From Candidatus Nanohaloarchaea archaeon (GTDB lineage: Archaea; Nanohalarchaeota; Nanosalinia; Nanosalinales; Nanosalinaceae): a stretch of DNA of 12,422 nt. The translations under genes and the position numbers were made by a program. Under the pieces are notes generated by a model. The model was not told where the DNA came from, did not search any database, and saw nothing but the letters and a program-made list of their open reading frames with translations. Each line of letters starts with the position of its first letter. Within the stretch, counting starts at the first letter, position 1. This document shows, one piece after another, positions 7,133 through 12,422 of this stretch. The stretch spans positions 1-12,422 of the forward strand of contig JBEQBQ010000017.1 in the NCBI GenBank assembly GCA_041639695.1, in the 5' to 3' direction.

Positions 7133-7684
7133 CTAATCCCACTTTATTGAACATCCCTGACTTGGTTTTTGTTCTTTCGGTGGTTCTCTCCGTTTCAACA
7201 TATCCTCGATCACATTTTTCATGTCTCTTTCCTCCACTTCTTGGTCGGGACTCATTTTATCGTTCAAGCGACCGTGGTAGTAGAGCCGGTGCCTCCAGTT
7301 CAGGAGGAAAGGGTCTGGTGTGCATGTAGCGCCGTACTCTTCAGCAACTTTTTGATCTCCGTCAACAAGGTAGTAGAAATGCTCGGATTCGAGTCCGTTC
7401 TCTTCGATGAATTCTCCCATTTTTTCTTCAGAGTCTTCGGGATGTGTCTCGGCGTTCGGGTTTATACCGACTATAGCGATTGAGGAAAACTCTTCGTTCA
7501 GTTTCCTCAGTTCTTCTGTCTGTGCTTTGACGTAGGGACAGTGGTTGCACATGAAGACTACTAGAACGCCGTCGTAGTTGTTCAAGTCCTCTAGATTTAC
7601 TTTCTCGCCTTTGTAGTTTTCGAGTTCGAACTTTGGCGCGGTTTCTCCGATTTCGAGCTCTGAGTCTGACTGTTTGAGCGACAT
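7133..7684 (-). CDS. Thioredoxin-fold AhpC/TSA (peroxiredoxin-like, PRX_like1 type) protein
   Basis: IGETAPKFEL, FMCNHCPYVK (CxxC), GATCTPDPF, YHGRLND and the family-typical C-terminal SQGCSIKW. Confidence 0.92.
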   Translation of the reverse strand: MSLKQSDSELEIGETAPKFELENYKGEKVNLEDLNNYDGVLVVFMCNHCPYVKAQTEELRKLNEEFSSIAIVGINPNAETHPEDSEEKMGEFIEENGLESEHFYYLVDGDQKVAEEYGATCTPDPFLLNWRHRLYYHGRLNDKMSPDQEVEERDMKNVIEDMLKRREPPKEQKPSQGCSIKWD

Positions 7685-7714
7685 ATCAGACTTTTTTACA
7701 CAGATACTCTTATG

Positions 7715-8191
7715 TTAAATCATCAGAAGGGTCAAGAATCCTATAGCTGTTCCTAAGCCCGATCCTATTACAACGTCAGTAGGGAAGTGCTCGCCTAGGT
7801 AAACCCGAGAGAAGGCGACTAGAGATGCTAAAAAGTATAGGAGCGGTGCTATACCGGTAAAGGTCGAGGATATAATTGTGGCAAATACGAAGGCGGTTGC
7901 CGAATGGCCTGAAGGAAACGAAGATGATACTGATGCTTCTACAACCTGGTCTGAAGGCCTTTTTCTATCGACAACCTGTTTAAGCGACTCCACCAGAATC
8001 CAAGTTGTTACAAGGCCTGCACTTAGCGTAACAAAAAGTGTTTTACCGCTGAAAAAGTATGCAAGTGAGGCCAGTACTGTTGAGACAGGTATAGAGCCAA
8101 GAGAGGTATAGGAAATCATAAACTCGCTTATGAAACGATTTCTTCTTCTGCTAATATAGTTTACAGCGGCCTCATCAAAACTCAAAAACAT
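7715..8191 (-). CDS. PAP2-family membrane phosphatase
   Basis: All three PAP2 motifs are present: KQVVDRKRP, SFPSGHS and SRVYLGEHFPTDV. Several hydrophobic helices. Confidence 0.93.
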   Translation of the reverse strand: MFLSFDEAAVNYISRRRNRFISEFMISYTSLGSIPVSTVLASLAYFFSGKTLFVTLSAGLVTTWILVESLKQVVDRKRPSDQVVEASVSSSFPSGHSATAFVFATIISSTFTGIAPLLYFLASLVAFSRVYLGEHFPTDVVIGSGLGTAIGFLTLLMI

Positions 8192-8329
8192 TCATCAACT
8201 GATTAAAGCTCGAAAATTAAAAGAAGTAGCATTTACTCAAAGCTAGATCGGCTTTCGACTAACGCCCGCAACCTAAAATTAAGCCACTTTGTCTATCTCG
8301 CGCTTCCGGTATGGAGTTCTTATTGGCTG

Positions 8330-9025
8330 TTATTTCTGTTTTTCAAGCCAGTCGAGAAGAGTCTTCCTGTTCTTACCGTTCTTCTCCTTTTGTTCAAAAT
8401 TCTCTATGTCGGGTGAATCCATGCTGCGGACATCATCCTTCACTTCAGGAATGCTGCCCTTCAACACTTTCTCAGTATCTGGTTTCTTATTTGGCTCGGA
8501 GCTTTCAAGTCTGTGACCGCAGTTTGAGCAGAACTTACTGGAGTTCGAAACTTTCTCCCCGCAATCCGGGCAGTAAGAGGTTCCTTCGCTGTTAACCATT
8601 TCAACTTGCTGAACAGAGTTTCTCTCCCTGTGTTTTGACTTTGTAAGAATGTTTTTCAGGTTCTTCGGATTTTTGACTCCTGTAAACTCTATTACTTCTC
8701 CGGAGGCCGTGTTAATGTTCACGTTGCCTAGGTTAAGAGATCTCGCCACAAGGCTTTGATCTATAGAAATATCTGTTACTAGGTCGAACGTAGCTTCCTC
8801 CGTATTACGACTAAGAAACCGGAATTCGCGTATAACTCTGTCGCTGGTGACATAGAACCTGTTGCCTCTCCTATGAAGTTCAGCTATAATTATTACGGGT
8901 AGGCCGAGAAACATGAACGGCATAAGCAGAACGCCTAGTACGTACCATGCGCTGTACTGCCATGGGCTTGGTCTGCAGAAAGTTTTGACAGATTCTCCTC
9001 GCTGAAGTCCTCCTTCAGGCTCCAT
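8330..9025 (-). CDS. Membrane protein with bacterial PH (bPH_2/YdbS-like) domain, zinc ribbon and a C-terminal small helical module
   Basis: Hydrophobic segment (WYVLGVLLMPFMFLGLPVIIIA), bPH-like FYVTSDRVI...ISIDQSLVARSLNLGNVNINTASG, zinc ribbon YCPDCG..FCSNCG and tail EKNGKNRKTLLDWLE. ATG 9025 is preferred over TTG 9046 because a TTAA box lies 25-29 nt upstream. Confidence 0.8.
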   Translation of the reverse strand: MEPEGGLQRGESVKTFCRPSPWQYSAWYVLGVLLMPFMFLGLPVIIIAELHRRGNRFYVTSDRVIREFRFLSRNTEEATFDLVTDISIDQSLVARSLNLGNVNINTASGEVIEFTGVKNPKNLKNILTKSKHRERNSVQQVEMVNSEGTSYCPDCGEKVSNSSKFCSNCGHRLESSEPNKKPDTEKVLKGSIPEVKDDVRSMDSPDIENFEQKEKNGKNRKTLLDWLEKQK

Positions 9026-9062
9026 AAAAATTGTTGTTTTCCGCAAGGATTAAGTTAGTGTT

Positions 9063-9497
9063 TCAAGGAGTTCCGACAGCTTCATGTCTTCTTACTAGGT
9101 AAACGATGCCTGCGGGTATATTGATTATCCAGAGAAGCAGCAAAAGCATCCACAAACCTTCATCAGGGTTCCAGTCGCTGTTAGCCCTAACATACTGTAT
9201 GTCGTAGTAAGCTGCTAGAGGTGTTGCTATCCAGGCGGTTAGAACTAGGAAGCCTGTAAGGGATCCTTGAACCGGATCGATCGAAGCAAGCAACACTAGG
9301 AAGATCCAGAGAGCCGTGCCTACAGCAACGCCTATCCACCAGTCGCCGGAAACTGTGGTTTCAAAATCTCTCTTTTTGTCTTGTTTAGCTTCTTTGTTTG
9401 GGACTCCGCAGTTTGGGCATAGTTCAGCTTGTTTCTTGATAATCTCGCCGCAACTGCTGCAGTAGAGTTCGTCCGCTCCGGGTTTTCTATCTGGCAT
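9063..9497 (-). CDS. Zinc-ribbon membrane protein (N-terminal CxxC..CxxC plus about 3 TM helices)
   Basis: YCSSCGEIIKKQAELCPNCG followed by hydrophobic helices and the motifs AAYYD...DWNP and IVYLVRRH. Confidence 0.85.
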   Translation of the reverse strand: MPDRKPGADELYCSSCGEIIKKQAELCPNCGVPNKEAKQDKKRDFETTVSGDWWIGVAVGTALWIFLVLLASIDPVQGSLTGFLVLTAWIATPLAAYYDIQYVRANSDWNPDEGLWMLLLLLWIINIPAGIVYLVRRHEAVGTP

Positions 9498-10263
9498 AAT
9501 GAATTGTTCTCCTCAACATTCAAAAGATCATTATCTGGTTGCTTGGATAAGCGCTAGACCGAGTAAGGCGTAAGCGGCAGCAATAATCACTAGAGGCGGT
9601 TTGAAGGGATTTTCAAGTAAAAGTTTGATTCCGTTCACGTAGCCTAGTCCGAGCATGAATCCTGTGATGCTTCGCAAGATGTTGCTTCCTCTGTAGCTCT
9701 TTACATCAGTGAAATATTTTTCTAGAAGCGTCGGAATGCCGAGTAGAGCCACTATGTAGAGTGAAAAAGCGTTTGAAATCGCTAACTGTGTTATTCCGGC
9801 CGCAATTCCGGGGTAGATGCCAGTACAACGAGCGCAGAGATTGATATTCTTGTCGAGAAAAGAAAAAGAGTAGCATCGGTAGAAGTCCTCAGGTTCATGG
9901 TGTGAGAGCAGGTACGTTGAGGTTTCCCTCAAGCCTTCCCTGAACTCTTCTCTATCCATACTGCGCCTGGAACTCCTCGTCCGACTTCGTTAGGTAGATG
10001 ATGCCTTCGATGAAACCGATTAAAGCTGGGATGCCTGTCCAGAAGAAGCATAGGTACAGGATTCCAAGTCCGGTATCGCCCAAGTAGAACTTGTGGGCTC
10101 CGATTCCGCCCAGCAGGATTCCAAGTATTCCTGCTGTTGTCCGGTCCTTATCTCCCGGAGAAGTTGAAGAGGATTTCTGTCTTACTCCGCATTCCGGGCA
10201 GATCTCGGCATCTTCCTTTATGACTTCGCCGCAGGAGCTACAGTATTGTTCGTTAGCTCCTGG
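9402..10263 (-). repeat. Duplicated zinc-ribbon module (copies at 9402-9482 and 10183-10263)
   Basis: PGADELYCSSCGEIIKKQAELCPNCGV vs PGANEQYCSSCGEVIKEDAEICPECGV: 20/27 aa identical without gaps. The similarity is also visible in the DNA. Confidence 0.85.
9531..9959 (-). CDS. DUF2085-like membrane protein
   Basis: LSHH...RCY...LCARCTGIYPG, followed by TM helices and SNILRSITGFMLG. Its start overlaps the TM2 gene stop by 8 bp. Confidence 0.82.
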   Translation of the reverse strand: MDREEFREGLRETSTYLLSHHEPEDFYRCYSFSFLDKNINLCARCTGIYPGIAAGITQLAISNAFSLYIVALLGIPTLLEKYFTDVKSYRGSNILRSITGFMLGLGYVNGIKLLLENPFKPPLVIIAAAYALLGLALIQATR

Positions 10264-10281
10264 CGTTTCTTTTTCTGCCAT
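9952..10281 (-). CDS. Zinc-ribbon plus TM2 domain membrane protein
   Basis: YCSSCG..ICPECG followed by the TM2 signature KDRTTAGILGILLGGIGAHKFYLG...GILYLCFFWTGIP..IGFIEGIIYL. Confidence 0.92.
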   Translation of the reverse strand: MAEKETPGANEQYCSSCGEVIKEDAEICPECGVRQKSSSTSPGDKDRTTAGILGILLGGIGAHKFYLGDTGLGILYLCFFWTGIPALIGFIEGIIYLTKSDEEFQAQYG

Positions 10282-10298
10282 AATTACGACTTTCTGTT

Positions 10299-10315
10299 GA
10301 GTTTTATAAAAACTC
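10299..10315. promoter_or_regulatory. Palindromic TATA element (GAGTTTT-ATA-AAAACTC) upstream of the TM2 gene
   Basis: Perfect 7-3-7 inverted repeat containing TTTATAAA (10303-10310), 22-29 nt upstream of ATG 10281. Confidence 0.6.
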
Positions 10316-10364
10316 GGTAAAGGCCTTGCTAGGTGATAAAAACGACCGGAGAGAACTCATTAAC

Positions 10365-11144
10365 ATGAAGCCAGATCAAGACTCTCCGATATTTCGAAAC
10401 GGAAACTCGTTAATCCTAGCTTACGATCACGGCCTTGAACACGGGCCTTCAGACTTTGAACCAAATCCAGAAAGCAAAGACCCAAGACACGTCTTTGAAG
10501 TAGCGAAGCATGACGCTGTAACGTGTCTGGCGGTGCAGAAAGGTGTCGCAGAAACTTATTATCCAGAGTATGAAGATGAAGTTAACCTAATGGTGAAGCT
10601 TAACGGCAACTCAAGTCTCGGAGAACGCGAAGACTACTATTCTCCGAAGCAGTGCTCCGTGAAGTATGCTGTCCAGGAGCTTGGTGCCGAGGCGGTAGGT
10701 TACACGATGTACGCTGGTTCAGACCATGAAGATGAGATGTGGAAAGAGTTCCGCAAAGTTCAAGAGGAAGCAAGGAAATACGGAGTTCCTGTGGTTATGT
10801 GGGCTTACCCTAGAGGTCATGGCATAGAGAACAATAGTGAGTATGAAGGACAGAACGATCCGGAGTTGATAGCTTACGCCGCAAGACTTGGACTTGAGCT
10901 TGGCGCTGACGTGGTTAAATGCAAGTATCCTGGATCGAAAGAAGCTGTTGAAGAAGCAATATCTGTTACTGGAGAGATGAAGTTTGTGATGAGCGGAGGA
11001 AGCAAGCGCTCGGATGAAGAGTTCATATCGGATGTAGAGGATGTTATCGAGGCCGGGGGAAACGGACTAGCTGTCGGCAGAAACGTGTTTCAAAGAGAAA
11101 ATCCGGAAGAGCTTCTTGATAAACTAGAGAAATCAATATTCTAA
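10365..11144 (+). CDS. fba: Class I (archaeal/DhnA-type) fructose-bisphosphate aldolase
   Basis: LAYDHGLEHGP, VKLNG, VMWAYPRG (catalytic Tyr), AARLGLELGADVVKCKY (Schiff-base Lys), SGG and AVGRNVFQ. ATG 10365 is preferred over TTG 10326 because ATAAAA lies 24-29 nt upstream. Confidence 0.92.
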   Translation: MKPDQDSPIFRNGNSLILAYDHGLEHGPSDFEPNPESKDPRHVFEVAKHDAVTCLAVQKGVAETYYPEYEDEVNLMVKLNGNSSLGEREDYYSPKQCSVKYAVQELGAEAVGYTMYAGSDHEDEMWKEFRKVQEEARKYGVPVVMWAYPRGHGIENNSEYEGQNDPELIAYAARLGLELGADVVKCKYPGSKEAVEEAISVTGEMKFVMSGGSKRSDEEFISDVEDVIEAGGNGLAVGRNVFQRENPEELLDKLEKSIF

Positions 11145-11148
11145 GGAG

Positions 11149-11667
11149 TTAAATCTCTCTTAATGCGCTTTCAATTTTTTCCATATTTTTAATCATTTCT
11201 TCTTTGTCTTCGTACATATTTTCCTCTAGCTCTTGAATTTCTTTATCCTCTGCTACCGAATTCATGAGAACTACCTCTGCCAGGCCTGGCTTCAGAAGTT
11301 CCTCATATGTTTTCTTTAGGTGATCGGCCCATTTTTCATCGTCAACAGGTTTTTCTGTCCATTCTACGACCCTTCCAAATTCCAGCAAAGCTTTTTCCCC
11401 GGCTTTAGTTATTTCCTCTCTCCTAAGCTTTCTAGTCCGGTCGTTGTATGCTTTTCTTTCATAGTTGCCGTCCATGCTTTTACCCAGAAATCCAAGAAAT
11501 GTGTCGATGTAGGAAAGCCGGTTTAGATAGTTTCTTTTATTTTCTGTCGTTGGAACTTCGGCAAAACCGTTTAATTCGACTTCTTGGCTGAAATAGTCCT
11601 CATTATCTACGTCTTCAGCCAGTTCATGCAGCTCTGTATAGTCGAGTTCAAGGATTTCGTAAGCCAT
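11149..11667 (-). CDS. Hypothetical acidic, predicted all-alpha protein (172 aa)
   Basis: Long ORF filling the fba-nth gap, Glu/Lys-rich, with a TTTAAT box about 23-28 nt upstream. No recognisable motif. Confidence 0.75.
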   Translation of the reverse strand: MAYEILELDYTELHELAEDVDNEDYFSQEVELNGFAEVPTTENKRNYLNRLSYIDTFLGFLGKSMDGNYERKAYNDRTRKLRREEITKAGEKALLEFGRVVEWTEKPVDDEKWADHLKKTYEELLKPGLAEVVLMNSVAEDKEIQELEENMYEDKEEMIKNMEKIESALREI

Positions 11668-11754
11668 ACAAGTGATTCTACGTAAACTATTAAATTAGTG
11701 TTGTTTCGTCACGGTGATCAATAAGTCGTAGTTCGGTCTCGGCTCATTTCAAAG

Positions 11755-11760
11755 TATAAA
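11755..11760 (+). promoter_or_regulatory. TATA box of nth
   Basis: TATAAA 26-31 nt upstream of ATG 11786, preceded by the purine-rich AAAG. Confidence 0.55.
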
Positions 11761-11785
11761 CCAATAATCAGCTAACAAAAAAATC

Positions 11786-12422
11786 ATGAAACTCGACAAC
11801 TCCGAGGAAAGAATCAGAAACATTCACCAAGACTTACTGGACGTTTATGGAGAACAGAACTGGCATGATGATAATGACGGTGTAAGACAGCTACTAATTA
11901 CGATACTATCACAGAATGTGGCGGACGAAAACACGGCCCGGGCAGCAGAAAACCTGTTCAACGACTTCAAAGACTACGAGGAGATAGAGAAAGCATCAGT
12001 TGATAAACTGGCGGATTCGATCAACCCGGCAGGGCTGCCACAGACCAAAGCACAGAGAATCCAGAGAACCTTGAAAGCACTGAGGGAAGAAACCGGAGAG
12101 TACTCTGTCGACTTCCTGGGTGAGATGAAGGATTCCGAGGCTCAGGCCTGGCTTGAAGGGATCAAAGGCATCGGACCGAAAACCGCTAGTGTACTACTCA
12201 ACTTCCACTTCGACGCAGATGTTATGCCGGTCGACACACATGTAGAAAGGATCGCCAAACGGTTCAGACTTATCCCTTTCTCTGCCTCAAACGGAAAAGC
12301 ACACGAACTGCTGAACGAAGCTGTTCCGCACGATATCAAGAACAGCTTCCACATGCTGATAATCGAACACGGAAAGAATAACTGCTCGGCCAGGAACCCG
12401 ACATGTGAAGAAACGAAGCTCA
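11786..12422 (+). CDS. nth: Endonuclease III (HhH-GPD DNA glycosylase/AP lyase), 3' truncated by the window edge; absent from the ORF track
   Basis: Manual translation: MKLDNSEERI...TILSQNVADENT...PAGLPQTKA...LEGIKGIGPKTA (HhH, catalytic Lys)...MPVDTHVERI (catalytic Asp)...HMLIIEHGKNNCSARNPTCEETKL. No stop codon in 212 codons. Confidence 0.93.
   Translation, partial: MKLDNSEERIRNIHQDLLDVYGEQNWHDDNDGVRQLLITILSQNVADENTARAAENLFNDFKDYEEIEKASVDKLADSINPAGLPQTKAQRIQRTLKALREETGEYSVDFLGEMKDSEAQAWLEGIKGIGPKTASVLLNFHFDADVMPVDTHVERIAKRFRLIPFSASNGKAHELLNEAVPHDIKNSFHMLIIEHGKNNCSARNPTCEETKL

Noticed and set aside
7131-7154. ORF-track start at 7154 for the DUF2268-like peptidase
   Set aside because: It would overlap the upstream gene by 22 bp. 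ATG 7130 gives a 2-bp spacer and matches the paralog's N-terminus.
8192-8329. Longest intergenic gap (138 bp), examined for a tRNA, sRNA or small ORF
   Set aside because: No cloverleaf or T-loop motif, no convincing long stem and only trivial ORFs. A small RNA cannot be excluded without an Infernal search or RNA-seq.
11709-11717. TCAC-G-GTGA resembling half-sites of the Thermococcales glycolytic motif
   Set aside because: The spacing does not match TATCAC-N5-GTGATA and it is not upstream of a sugar gene. No TGM or TrmB consensus was seen at gap, fba or GH57 either.
12142-12354. 70-aa minus-strand ORF
   Set aside because: Antisense shadow of the endonuclease III gene on the + strand.
1-12422. 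CRISPR arrays, IS elements, integrases, rRNA/tRNA genes and known defence systems
   Set aside because: No regularly spaced repeats, terminal inverted repeats, transposase/integrase motifs or structural RNA signatures were seen; nearly all of the sequence is explained by protein-coding genes.

Overview
Gene-dense archaeal chromosomal window with strongly acidic (Glu/Asp-rich) proteins, moderate GC and very short or overlapping intergenic spaces. Most genes have a TATA-like box about 23-31 nt upstream of the start codon, suggesting leaderless mRNAs. Together this points to an extremely halophilic archaeon, most likely Nanohaloarchaeota (inference). In order, it holds: the 3' end of an FN3-domain surface protein; an alpha-glucan/glycogen block (GH57 amylase, small hypothetical, rhodanese, GT4 glycosyltransferase); archaeal class II GAPDH back-to-back with a stand-alone NAD(P)HX dehydratase; NMN adenylyltransferase; a DUF2268-like HExxH metallopeptidase with a tandem paralog that lacks the catalytic residues; a Prx-like thioredoxin-fold protein; a PAP2 phosphatase; four small membrane proteins with Cys/His metal-binding motifs (three with zinc ribbons, one DUF2085-like); class I FBP aldolase; an orphan; and a partial endonuclease III absent from the ORF track. 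No RNA genes, CRISPR arrays or mobile elements were seen. The best candidates for undescribed biology are the peptidase/pseudopeptidase pair, the modular zinc-ribbon membrane cluster and the gap-nnrD-nadM NAD maintenance arrangement.
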